Sequence record: PP793740.1
Direction: 5' to 3' (one strand)
DNA: 64,000 bases
Below are positions 19,781 through 37,956 of this stretch, piece by piece. A model generated the notes under the pieces. It had not been told where the DNA came from. It made no database searches and saw only the letters and a list, made by a program, of their open reading frames with translations. The stretch's first letter is position 1. Each line of letters starts with the position of its first letter. Both the position numbers and the translations under genes were made by a program.

Positions 19781-20764
19781 TTAATCGAATACAAGACCAC
19801 TACTAGTTGCTTGGTCATCCACATCTAGAGTAGACTGACGCTTACGCATATTAGCTTTGGCTCGATTCATCATTTCACGACGTTCTTCTAATCGTTTACG
19901 AATATCTTCAACAGATAGACTAGTGATCACAAAATGCATTTGATCGAAATCATATTTCTCGGGATCAGCATAACCAGTGGTACGAGTTAAAACAGTGTTA
20001 ATGGATACTTCGCGATCAGGATCAGTGTATAGTGAAGCAATAGAAATTGGATCCAGAATAGCCTGAGCTTTTTGACGATCGAAACACACGTGTAATTGGA
20101 CAGTCTGTACAGGTACATCATGGTGCTTATGGAAGTGTGCCCAGTTAGTGATATCCATTAGATCAAGACTTTGGTGTTCTTGATTAAATAGAATTACTAG
20201 TGCATTTAGTACTTCAAGAATGTTTTGGTTCACCATTGATTGCGGTATACCTTCAACATTCTCATGATAGTTAATAATCATCGGAACTTTACTAACAGAG
20301 GAAACCCCTTCAAAAGTCTTAAGGCTACCACTGCTATTACGAAGACTAATATCACTGTCATAAGATCCAATGACCACACTTACAACTACTTCACCTTGTT
20401 GTTGTAGATGACTAACAAGAGAAGGACCAATGGTTGAACCAGAAGCACCACCCATTGAGTATACCACGATGTTAGTATCCCCTGCTGGGAAATGATGGGC
20501 AATGGCAGGAATATGTGCAGAGATTAGTTCTGCGGCTGCCTTACGATCTTTACCCATACCGATAGCACGTTTACGTGCAGTCTGGTCAGCTAGCTTAGTA
20601 TCCGCTTCAATAATGATCGTATTATCGTCAGTATTGTGTTTGTGTTTATTCTGTACACTGGTATCAATGTAGCAAACATCCTCATGATAACCATGGAATA
20701 GTTCACCAATACGGAAACCAGCACCACCACAAAAGTAAATTCGAGTTTTTACTTTAGACATCAT
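19781..20764 (-). CDS. phuZ: Phage tubulin PhuZ/TubZ (phiKZ gp39)
   Basis: CGGAG, DTS and tubulin signature SMGGASGSTIG; C-terminal tail ending SSGLVFD; 327 aa. Confidence 0.93.
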   Translation of the reverse strand: MMSKVKTRIYFCGGAGFRIGELFHGYHEDVCYIDTSVQNKHKHNTDDNTIIIEADTKLADQTARKRAIGMGKDRKAAAELISAHIPAIAHHFPAGDTNIVVYSMGGASGSTIGPSLVSHLQQQGEVVVSVVIGSYDSDISLRNSSGSLKTFEGVSSVSKVPMIINYHENVEGIPQSMVNQNILEVLNALVILFNQEHQSLDLMDITNWAHFHKHHDVPVQTVQLHVCFDRQKAQAILDPISIASLYTDPDREVSINTVLTRTTGYADPEKYDFDQMHFVITSLSVEDIRKRLEERREMMNRAKANMRKRQSTLDVDDQATSSGLVFD

Positions 20765-20814
20765 TACACCTCATTGTGATTAATATAATTTCATATACCA
20801 ACTTGTAAATGGTA

Positions 20815-21327
20815 TCAGTGCTTAAAAGTAACGATCTCTTCATGAGTTCGTTCTTGATGAACAATTAATTCATTAACCACTTTACCAGTATCAGATTTAA
20901 ATTCGATTACCATCTTATCTCGACACATGTATGTTTGCCAAGTACCACCAGACTTAACACAATCAATAATCATGTTAAGTACATTCTTAACTTCAATCTT
21001 ACTAACTTTATAACGATAAACGTTTAGAAGTTCAGTAAGCCATTTCGTTTTTGGGATTTTGGCATTTTTACGTTCTTTTGAAATATCAAAAGGAATTAGT
21101 GCAATGATCTCACCATCTTTGTTGGTGAATTCAAATACCATTCCTTTTGAGTTAGCTAAAGGACGAATGTTATAATTACCTTTAACACTGCATACTTCTT
21201 CAGATAACTTAACTAACCTATCTAGTTGAACATCAGATGCATGAATGTTATCTTCTTTAAATGCTTTCTTTAGTTCATCATGAGTTAGTGGAGTACGTAC
21301 TAGAGTGTAATCTTTCTGTTCAGTCAT
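20815..21327 (-). CDS. Hypothetical protein (gp38 position) with apparent internal duplication
   Basis: 170 aa; two halves ending MVFEFTNKDGEII and MVIEFKSDTGKVV. Confidence 0.7.
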   Translation of the reverse strand: MTEQKDYTLVRTPLTHDELKKAFKEDNIHASDVQLDRLVKLSEEVCSVKGNYNIRPLANSKGMVFEFTNKDGEIIALIPFDISKERKNAKIPKTKWLTELLNVYRYKVSKIEVKNVLNMIIDCVKSGGTWQTYMCRDKMVIEFKSDTGKVVNELIVHQERTHEEIVTFKH

Positions 21328-21465
21328 TTTTCATTTTTTCCAATTTTTCTATTTTCAAATTAAACGGTATTGGCTTTTTATAGCCAATCCCTTATTACTA
21401 AAAGTAATAGATTCTCGAACTAAGGATGGGTTATACCCCTTCTCTAATAATAAGGAATATTATAT

Positions 21466-21486
21466 GGGACCCCCCCAAAGGGTCCC
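21466..21486 (-). terminator. Terminator-like hairpin after dip
   Basis: GGGACCC/GGGTCCC. Confidence 0.55.
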
Positions 21487-21574
21487 CCCCACATAATATA
21501 CTATTTATATAATTTTCTTTTTAGAAGAAAAGAGATAAATAAGAGAAATACAGTCTATTAAAGTAATGAATTTC

Positions 21575-22396
21575 TCAAAAATTAAATAGTACACCGCGCG
21601 TCCGTTGCGTCGGATTGGCCTGCCGGACGATGGTCCGGATGTGCGGTAATAGCGGGTTTTTCAAAAATACTTGCATCGCGGTTGAATTGAGCGGTTGATT
21701 ATAACGTGTGATCTTAATAGTAAATAGAACTTCTTCAACATCTGAATGACATCCTTCGAAACTAAAATATACTTCAGTCCGATCAATAAACTGATACATT
21801 TCTACAGCTGGTTCAGCTGGATCTTTAAAGGCCAGCTTATTAGCGAAATAATCAGTATGGGCTAGAATTAATTCTTTTACATTAATTGCATTCTTCTTAT
21901 CAACAAGGAATTCAAACTCTTCAAGGTTATCTGTTTTGAAAATACCTTGATAAGATGACGACTCGATTAGTTCATCACTGATATCATCAACATGAACGCC
22001 TGGCATAAATTCAATGACTGGTAGAATAAGCTTGTTACCTCCTACGCCGTCAGCGATATGAATTCCAATCACATTACCATCACTAATGTATTCGTCATTA
22101 CCGCAAATAACGGCACCAGCCGCTAGATATAAATTATCAACATATTTCAGATTATCGGCAATAATGCGAGATAGTACATATTCTCGCACCATGGCATCAT
22201 CTGGACTTGACTGCGGTTTAAAAGTATAGTGGGTGTTATGACTACTCATGGTCGCACATGTAACAAAAACTGAAATATCTACTGGATTAAATACCCAATG
22301 AACGGAGATATCCTCTAATTTATGTGGATGATGTAAACCATCTAGCTTAGATAGGGCTTGGAGTTGTTCTTCCCAGGTGATGTTAAATTGAGTCAT
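21575..22396 (-). CDS. dip: Degradosome-interacting protein Dip, RNase E inhibitor (phiKZ gp37)
   Basis: Recognised N-terminus MTQFNITWEEQLQALSKLDGLHHPHKLEDISVHWVFNP; 273 aa from the internal ATG; position relative to phuZ fits. Confidence 0.88.
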   Translation of the reverse strand: MTQFNITWEEQLQALSKLDGLHHPHKLEDISVHWVFNPVDISVFVTCATMSSHNTHYTFKPQSSPDDAMVREYVLSRIIADNLKYVDNLYLAAGAVICGNDEYISDGNVIGIHIADGVGGNKLILPVIEFMPGVHVDDISDELIESSSYQGIFKTDNLEEFEFLVDKKNAINVKELILAHTDYFANKLAFKDPAEPAVEMYQFIDRTEVYFSFEGCHSDVEEVLFTIKITRYNQPLNSTAMQVFLKNPLLPHIRTIVRQANPTQRTRGVLFNF

Positions 22397-22432
22397 TTTT
22401 TCTAACCTCTTCATTTATTAAAAATAATACAC

Positions 22433-23248
22433 TTATTTTACTTTAGCAGTTGATACTTCACATACATTAACTAATTGTTCAAATAACGGTTCATTATCTG
22501 GATCATTAACTAATTTTGATGTATTAATAATAATACCAGAATACAGCATATCAGCTGCATCTCGATCACTTGTTTTAATTCTGGTTACACCTTCCCACTT
22601 CCATCCATAGTAAATTAAATCAAATGATGAACCAATGTTAAAGGTTGATTGAATAAATTTGCATGTACCATTTTCTTTTAACCAATCAGGCCTATATGGT
22701 TCATTTTTATAAAATTCATGCATGAGTACTTTAAAATCAGTTTTAATGTTTTCATGAATAATGCAATCAATAGAATTAAGAGCTTCATCAAGAGCTGATT
22801 TAGACTCAATAATGATTTCTGATACATTGGCAGATTTTAGTGTAATCATACCTAGTTCATCTGAGTGTGCTCTTCCGATTTGAAATACATTGAGCTTACC
22901 AATTGGTAAGGTGGCTTTTAATGGCAGATTAGTATAGTGAGATACATCGCTTTTATAACTGTCTTCATATGACTCAATTAAATTAAGCCATGCTCTTTCA
23001 ATACGTGTATTCTCAAAATGTTGTTCTTCTTCTAGTAGTCTAGAAATTAGATGATTAATGTATTGAACATTATGGCCAGTACCGGTAATTGAATTATATT
23101 TCGTATTACCGGTAATTCCCCATTTATTATTTTCTTTATTTATCCAACCGTAGATTACACTGTTTTTAGGATATTTATTTTTAAAATTATCGTATATTTC
23201 TTTTAGATGTGGATTAGGGGTAAAACTAAAAGTAGTTGATTCAGTCAT
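22433..23248 (-). CDS. Hypothetical protein (gp36 position)
   Basis: 271-aa ORF downstream of an early promoter. Confidence 0.75.
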   Translation of the reverse strand: MTESTTFSFTPNPHLKEIYDNFKNKYPKNSVIYGWINKENNKWGITGNTKYNSITGTGHNVQYINHLISRLLEEEQHFENTRIERAWLNLIESYEDSYKSDVSHYTNLPLKATLPIGKLNVFQIGRAHSDELGMITLKSANVSEIIIESKSALDEALNSIDCIIHENIKTDFKVLMHEFYKNEPYRPDWLKENGTCKFIQSTFNIGSSFDLIYYGWKWEGVTRIKTSDRDAADMLYSGIIINTSKLVNDPDNEPLFEQLVNVCEVSTAKVK

Positions 23249-23288
23249 TATAGATACCTATTTGAATATTGTTTATTATTGCAAATTA

Positions 23289-23306
23289 GTAATATAGATC
23301 TTAAAC
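23289..23306 (-). promoter_or_regulatory. Early promoter of the gp36-dip unit
   Basis: TTTAAGATCTATATTAC on minus strand. Confidence 0.75.
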
Positions 23307-23320
23307 TTTTTTTAACTCAG

Positions 23321-23350
23321 CATAAAGCCTCCCCTAGGGGAGGCGATATG
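23321..23350 (-). terminator. Terminator hairpin
   Basis: CATAAAGCCTCCCC-TA-GGGGAGGCGATATG. Confidence 0.75.
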
Positions 23351-23351
23351 T

Positions 23352-24167
23352 TCATTTATCTATTTCAGCGTTTGGATCATACCAAGGTAATAAACTTAGT
23401 AGTGCCGGTTGTTGTTTCTTCATATCCTCTAAGATTGTTGCTTCACTTGCACCTTCTAACATAGTGGTGAAAGTAATCATGTTCTTAGAGTTATATATCG
23501 GACGTAGACCATTACCAAAGAATTTCACTTGTTGAACCATTATTTTGAAATCAGGGTTATCGACTACATCTGGGATATAGATACCAGGTGGCGCACTGAA
23601 ATAACGTTTAATTAACTCAATAGCCCAATACGTTGGTAAATCACCAAACTGTGATTTCACTGTAGCTAGGTTTAATTGGAATGCTTTAGGTTCTTCAGGC
23701 GGCGGTTCCACCGGATCAATTGGATCAGTGGGTTCTTCAGGGCCAGTAGGTTCAGTAGGCTCTTCAGGATCCTCTGGATCGCCTTCTGTTGGCTTTTCTT
23801 CAGATGTGCCACCATCAGGGTCACTTGAACCATCATCATCTTCAACGGGCTCCTCAGGCGTTTCTATAGGCTCCTTCGGATCTTCCTGATTCTCCGATAG
23901 ATCGGGCTCTTCTGATTCCCCATCTCCATTTGCTTCAGTAGAAGACGTGTCTTCTGATTCTTCATCTGTTGTCGAGTCAGTTGTGGCTGTGTTTTCTGAA
24001 TCGGCAGTGGTATTTTCATTTTCACTTGATTCAGTAGAAACAATTTCAGTAGGAGTGGTTTCAAGTTCATTGACACTATCCTCTGCATTAGTTACTTCAT
24101 TAGGGATTTCACTAATTTCTGATAATGTTACCGGTGCACTTACTGCGCGAGCTTTTCGTTTAGCCAT
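23352..24167 (-). CDS. Virion protein with long acidic E/D/P/T-rich linker (gp35 position, reported capsid decoration protein)
   Basis: About 150-aa low-complexity region with EEP/EPT/DP repeats and a compact C-terminal domain; role from synteny. Confidence 0.65.
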   Translation of the reverse strand: MAKRKARAVSAPVTLSEISEIPNEVTNAEDSVNELETTPTEIVSTESSENENTTADSENTATTDSTTDEESEDTSSTEANGDGESEEPDLSENQEDPKEPIETPEEPVEDDDGSSDPDGGTSEEKPTEGDPEDPEEPTEPTGPEEPTDPIDPVEPPPEEPKAFQLNLATVKSQFGDLPTYWAIELIKRYFSAPPGIYIPDVVDNPDFKIMVQQVKFFGNGLRPIYNSKNMITFTTMLEGASEATILEDMKKQQPALLSLLPWYDPNAEIDK

Positions 24168-24176
24168 GGTTGTACC

Positions 24177-24956
<780 letters not shown>

Positions 24957-25008
24957 CTACAATTATATTTGAGTTATTGTACTACAGATGATAAAAGAGA
25001 AAATACAT

Positions 25009-25040
25009 CATAAGCCCTCTCCTTATGGAGAGGGCATTAT
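25009..25040 (-). terminator. Terminator hairpin
   Basis: GCCCTCTCC/GGAGAGGGC. Confidence 0.75.
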
Positions 25041-25042
25041 AT

Positions 25043-25246
25043 TTACATAGTGTTAAAACACGCATTAAATTTAGATAATGAGCAGCCAGTATAAATTAAT
25101 GATTGCTCTAGTTGTATGATGACATCGCCATTACTATCAAAATCAGCAGCAATAAAAGTAGATTCAGTTATCTTAAAAGTAGATGGCAGCATTTCTAAAT
25201 AATTAAATATTGCTTGATTATCGATGTCATGAGGATTTAAATCCAT
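25043..25246 (-). CDS. Small hypothetical protein
   Basis: 67-aa ORF, RBS AGGT. Confidence 0.55.
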   Translation of the reverse strand: MDLNPHDIDNQAIFNYLEMLPSTFKITESTFIAADFDSNGDVIIQLEQSLIYTGCSLSKFNACFNTM

Positions 25247-25253
25247 ATGTTAC

Positions 25254-26123
25254 CTATACATGGATAGTTATGGACCAAATATTAACAGGACTGCATAAGA
25301 CAATTGTGATTAAATCTCTATGAGTTCTTTGATAATGATTGGAACACATAACTTTGATTAACTTTAATTTTTTAGTTTCTTTATTTTGAATTTCTTTGAT
25401 AAGCGATTCAATAAGCTCATTAGTAATAAGTGAATGTCCATCAATAAATGGTTTTATACTTACTAGCGAATCTTTGTTAAATAGAATTGCATCATCATAT
25501 TCGCATGTAGCTGCGGTCTTGTATATGGATGCAACTTTATTAACTTTGTCATTAGTGACTATAGAAAAATTAAATTCACTCTTAGTTTTACTTAACGATG
25601 TTTCAAATAATTTATATTTATCAATAATAGTTTTATTATCAATAAATGATTTCATCCCAATATTTAAATCTATGTCCAGTGTGTAAGAATCATGTATTAA
25701 ACCAATTGATAGTTGAGTCTCATTACCACTATTGTTAAACTTAATATTATTAACTGAACATATCTGATTATTAATAAACGATAATAATAGTTTAGAAATA
25801 GTTTTAATAACATTAACTTCATAATCATTATTAGTACAAGCAAGTGCAGTTGTCATGTATCGACTAACTTGACTAACATCTAGTTTCTGATAGTTACTAC
25901 CACTATCTACCCATGGGTCAATATTTAAAAAAATCCTTAGACTAGCTAGAATATCAGAAGATGTTTCAGAATAAATGAAAAACACATTATTATTAAGATC
26001 ATCTTTTAGCCAACCACTAGTTCTAAGATTTTCTAGATCTTTTTCATTAGATACCGATTGACTTAATTGCTGAATTAAACTAGGGTTAGCTAGGTTTAAT
26101 AAACTAATCATTTTATAAACCAT
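25254..26123 (-). CDS. Hypothetical protein (gp33 position)
   Basis: 289-aa very AT-rich ORF, RBS GAGG. Confidence 0.7.
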   Translation of the reverse strand: MVYKMISLLNLANPSLIQQLSQSVSNEKDLENLRTSGWLKDDLNNNVFFIYSETSSDILASLRIFLNIDPWVDSGSNYQKLDVSQVSRYMTTALACTNNDYEVNVIKTISKLLLSFINNQICSVNNIKFNNSGNETQLSIGLIHDSYTLDIDLNIGMKSFIDNKTIIDKYKLFETSLSKTKSEFNFSIVTNDKVNKVASIYKTAATCEYDDAILFNKDSLVSIKPFIDGHSLITNELIESLIKEIQNKETKKLKLIKVMCSNHYQRTHRDLITIVLCSPVNIWSITIHV

Positions 26124-26177
26124 TTTATTATCCTCTAATTTATGTAATTACATGGAATAAATAACATAAGTACTTTT

Positions 26178-27452
26178 ATGACTTATGATTTGATTCTCCA
26201 GGAGGTTTTCCCAATGGCAACTATTAAAGAAGTCCTTGATAGAAATTTTAAGGATGTTCAATTTGATCGCGATTTATGTAAAAGAATTATTGACTTTACT
26301 ATCAGTTTTATGAATAGGAATGCTGATCACTCTGCTTTCTTTGGTGGTGTATTACTAGGTGTACAACAAGTTAAATTCTTCGATACGGATCGTGAGATTT
26401 GGTATGATGATGTTTTACGAATTGATGAAGCGCTGTTAGTCCAAGATTTTAAGTCAGTTGAATTCATTGACCCTAACCATCGTGTAATGTCAGATGTATT
26501 CAATCATCTTCCTGCCTATATTTGTTCTAGGCTTTTAAAAACAACTAATGTTCCTTTGAATATTAGACATGAAGCAATGGTTAGTTGTTTCATGGTGTTG
26601 CATTTTAAATATCTAACATCTTTACTTGTACCACGCTTTAAATATCCTGCACGTAAAGAAGTAGCCGAAGCTGCATTCGCCGCACTCAATTATCGATTTG
26701 ACATTAAGACAATTGGGTCATGGGAGAAACTATTTAGGCAACGGGCTGAAGGTATCATTGCACCTGATTCTATTTATGCACCTTTCTTAACTGGTAAAAC
26801 ACAAGAACTGGATTATTGGTCTGGTCGTGTGGTATCTGATACTCAAACACGTCTACGTGAATTAATCAACAAGTACTATGATGTTTATATCAGAACACTG
26901 CAATCAGGTGGTAAATTAGTTATTTCATCGGATATGGCTGTTAATTCTGATGGTGAGCAGATTCTACGCGATAAGTCTACTGGGTATCGCTCATATCTTA
27001 CTTATATCCATCAAGTTGCGCAACAAGAACAAAATTTCATTAGACCTGAGCTAGTCGGTATTATTGAAAAGATAATGCCCACAATGCCTCCAGAAATGTT
27101 CATGGCAACGCTTAGACACCTTTCCCGTAACATCGGTCAACCTAGAGCACAAAAGCTTGAGAAACTCGTAGATGAGTGCTTATTGTATGCTTTCGATTAT
27201 ATGCAATCACTCCGTACAATGGTTGCTAGAAATAATGATCTACAAACATTGCTTGTAAAAATACGAGCAAAGATAATGGCATCTAAAACAGAAAATGCTC
27301 AAGTTATTTTCATGCGTGAAGAAGGTGAGAAGTTAGTTAGGGATGCGACTAATTCTAGGGTACCTGCATATATCGCAGCAACTAGGACTGGGTTGATGTT
27401 GTATTTAATTCTACGTGCTATGACTAAGAATTACTATACAAAAACAAAATAA
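26178..27452 (+). CDS. Conserved jumbo-phage core protein (gp32 position)
   Basis: 424-aa ORF; likely start MATIKEV after GGAGG. Confidence 0.75.
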   Translation: MTYDLILQEVFPMATIKEVLDRNFKDVQFDRDLCKRIIDFTISFMNRNADHSAFFGGVLLGVQQVKFFDTDREIWYDDVLRIDEALLVQDFKSVEFIDPNHRVMSDVFNHLPAYICSRLLKTTNVPLNIRHEAMVSCFMVLHFKYLTSLLVPRFKYPARKEVAEAAFAALNYRFDIKTIGSWEKLFRQRAEGIIAPDSIYAPFLTGKTQELDYWSGRVVSDTQTRLRELINKYYDVYIRTLQSGGKLVISSDMAVNSDGEQILRDKSTGYRSYLTYIHQVAQQEQNFIRPELVGIIEKIMPTMPPEMFMATLRHLSRNIGQPRAQKLEKLVDECLLYAFDYMQSLRTMVARNNDLQTLLVKIRAKIMASKTENAQVIFMREEGEKLVRDATNSRVPAYIAATRTGLMLYLILRAMTKNYYTKTK

Positions 27453-27453
27453 A

Positions 27454-27485
27454 CATAATGCCCTCCCGCAATGGGAGGGCTTATG
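27454..27485. terminator. Bidirectional terminator
   Basis: CATAATGCCCTCCC-GCAAT-GGGAGGGCTTATG. Confidence 0.8.
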
Positions 27486-27498
27486 CTGTTAAGTAACA

Positions 27499-27861
27499 TT
27501 AGCTAGATTGATCATTACATAAATTTTTCAGAGCATCGTAAATAGCCACATAAGTAAAAATAGTTAAACTATCTTTAATTTCCTTACGTGGGGTGCCACT
27601 GAATCCACCCCATGATACATTTGTATTACTAACACATACAGTGCTAATAGCTGGCTCATGATAGCCACCATCTACTTTACGCTTTGCATAAACCTTAGCC
27701 GTAATTTCTCCACGTAACTTTTTGAAGAAAACTAGAGCACCCGGAACGACTATACGTTTATTACCAATCTTCGTAATAAATTCTTTACGATTAGTAAAGT
27801 GCTCTTTTAATAAATCATTAATAATTTTAGTTAAACTATCAATTTCATTCTTCATCGACAC
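27499..27861 (-). CDS. Hypothetical protein
   Basis: 120-aa ORF coupled to the upstream gene. Confidence 0.65.
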   Translation of the reverse strand: MSMKNEIDSLTKIINDLLKEHFTNRKEFITKIGNKRIVVPGALVFFKKLRGEITAKVYAKRKVDGGYHEPAISTVCVSNTNVSWGGFSGTPRKEIKDSLTIFTYVAIYDALKNLCNDQSS

Positions 27862-29048
27862 GTTGTTAGTTCCTTACAAATAAACTTGATAACGTGATCA
27901 CTTACAAATTTCAATGGACCAGAACAATTAGATTTCTCAATAGCGGTTTCAGTGTATGAAATTATTTGATTTCCACTTAAGGATAATGAATCAAATAATT
28001 CATAAGAGTTATTATTTTTATTCTTAAAGGATACTGCATATTGACTATTTTCACTATTGATGCAAAATAGGTTAATAGCTGGGATAGATACAGAGTTATC
28101 TGAAGTATGGCTATTTTCCGTAATATTCCAATTACTGTATACAGTGAAAATATTTGCAGCTAGTAAAAGGTTGGCATTAACCGTTTCTAAACTAACATAC
28201 TCCACAGAAGTACCTTTATGCCAATATAGTTCAATTGGATTAACCCAAGTATACCCAATGGTTTTATAGAAGGCATGCATTACATATTCTCGCCAACGTG
28301 TGGGTTTCTTATTATCAGTTAAAACACACGTAATATTGCCTGACGGATAAATGTGGTGGATACTACATGCATTAATTTCATCTCTAACATTAGTTGTTTC
28401 AGTAATATTAGAATGATCCTGTTTGAATAGCCATTTTAAATGACTATTAGTTGTGTCATCACCTTCCCCATTTGCAATGTCATTTTCTAACCACTTTTCA
28501 AATGTAGCTTGTCTATCAGGTGTTGGCATTCCCCAATAGGTAGCTAAAATGAAACGATAATAGTATCGAATAATATCATCATCGTTAAGAATATTTTTAT
28601 CCAGTTTCCAGTGATGTTGATACTCGTATACTTCGCTTGGAATATTATTTACTTGATACCATGTATTAATTAATACTTGAATTGTTAATTGCCGAATACT
28701 CTCACTTGTTAGAGTGTAATATTCCCTGCTATGCGGCTCTTCAATTGTCACTTCTTGATCAGTATAACCAATGTATTTAGGTTTACCATCGATGAGTGCA
28801 AAATTAACATTCCATGATGTATCATTACTAAAAGTGATATTAATAAAACCTTGTTCAAAGCTAGGCTTCACTACGAAACTGACATCATCCTTCTGATATG
28901 TCATTTGCGTTAGAATACCAAAATTAATTTTAGATGTAAATTCTTTATCGAAGTTATGTTTATAAAGTAATCCTAGTAAACAATCAATTTTATTAATAGT
29001 GTGGTTTTCTAATAATAAATCAGTATTTGTAAGTTCATTAATTTTCAT
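27852..29048 (-). CDS. Hypothetical protein (gp31 position)
   Basis: 398-aa ORF, RBS GAGG, early promoter upstream. Confidence 0.75.
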   Translation of the reverse strand: MKINELTNTDLLLENHTINKIDCLLGLLYKHNFDKEFTSKINFGILTQMTYQKDDVSFVVKPSFEQGFINITFSNDTSWNVNFALIDGKPKYIGYTDQEVTIEEPHSREYYTLTSESIRQLTIQVLINTWYQVNNIPSEVYEYQHHWKLDKNILNDDDIIRYYYRFILATYWGMPTPDRQATFEKWLENDIANGEGDDTTNSHLKWLFKQDHSNITETTNVRDEINACSIHHIYPSGNITCVLTDNKKPTRWREYVMHAFYKTIGYTWVNPIELYWHKGTSVEYVSLETVNANLLLAANIFTVYSNWNITENSHTSDNSVSIPAINLFCINSENSQYAVSFKNKNNNSYELFDSLSLSGNQIISYTETAIEKSNCSGPLKFVSDHVIKFICKELTTCR

Positions 29049-29101
29049 TTTAACCTCTCTAAAATTTACAATCTAGTTTTACTTATTGAATAAGCAAACA
29101 T

Positions 29102-29120
29102 GTAATATATATCTTAATTA
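29102..29120 (-). promoter_or_regulatory. Early promoter
   Basis: TAATTAAGATATATATTAC on minus strand. Confidence 0.7.
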
Positions 29121-29143
29121 TTTTTTAGCATAGTTTTTAACAA

Positions 29144-29173
29144 CATAAAGCCTCCCCGAAGGGAGGCGATATG
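29144..29173 (-). terminator. Terminator of the tail operon
   Basis: GCCTCCC-UUCG-GGGAGGC plus U-run on minus strand. Confidence 0.8.
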
Positions 29174-29175
29174 CT

Positions 29176-29357
29176 TTAGCTTTTTTGGTTAGTACCGACA
29201 GTCTGCTCATTCTTTTCAGTTTGAGCATTTCGCCGAAGTTGACTAACCAGACCATTGCCAGCCGCAACTACATCGGGAGAAAAGAATGCATTGATATCAA
29301 AGTTCTGATCTTGGTTGCGAGTCTTCCCAGGTGGGACCATCGGATATACTTTTGCCA

Positions 29358-29358
<1 letters not shown>
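29176..29358 (-). CDS. Small hypothetical protein after tail tube
   Basis: 60-aa ORF whose ATG overlaps the tube stop codon (TAATG). Confidence 0.55.
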
Positions 29359-30242
<884 letters not shown>

Positions 30243-30270
30243 ACTTTTCCTCATTCTGAAAGCCACCCAC

Positions 30271-32409
<2,139 letters not shown>

Positions 32410-32486
32410 CTAACAGTCAATCATAGATATTAATCATAGTTGACCATACTAGTTATTTTTTACTATCCATTTAAGGAGTAGCGGTA

Positions 32487-37817
<5,331 letters not shown>

Positions 37818-37818
37818 A

Positions 37819-37855
37819 TATAAAGCCCCCTAGGAACCACCTAGGGGGCTTTATA
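37819..37855 (+). terminator. Terminator, 16-bp perfect stem
   Basis: TATAAAGCCCCCTAGG-AACCA-CCTAGGGGGCTTTATA. Confidence 0.85.
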
Positions 37856-37956
37856 ACGTCTTTTAACACATTATCCATATGAGACTATACTTTACAATTG
37901 CCGTTCAATACGGCTTTATTATGGCACATTAAAATAAGTACCTTAAAGGGCAGTGT

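Noticed and set aside
23650-24070. Apparent DNA tandem repeats
   Set aside because: Explained by low-complexity E/P/D/T coding; no exact periodic unit seen
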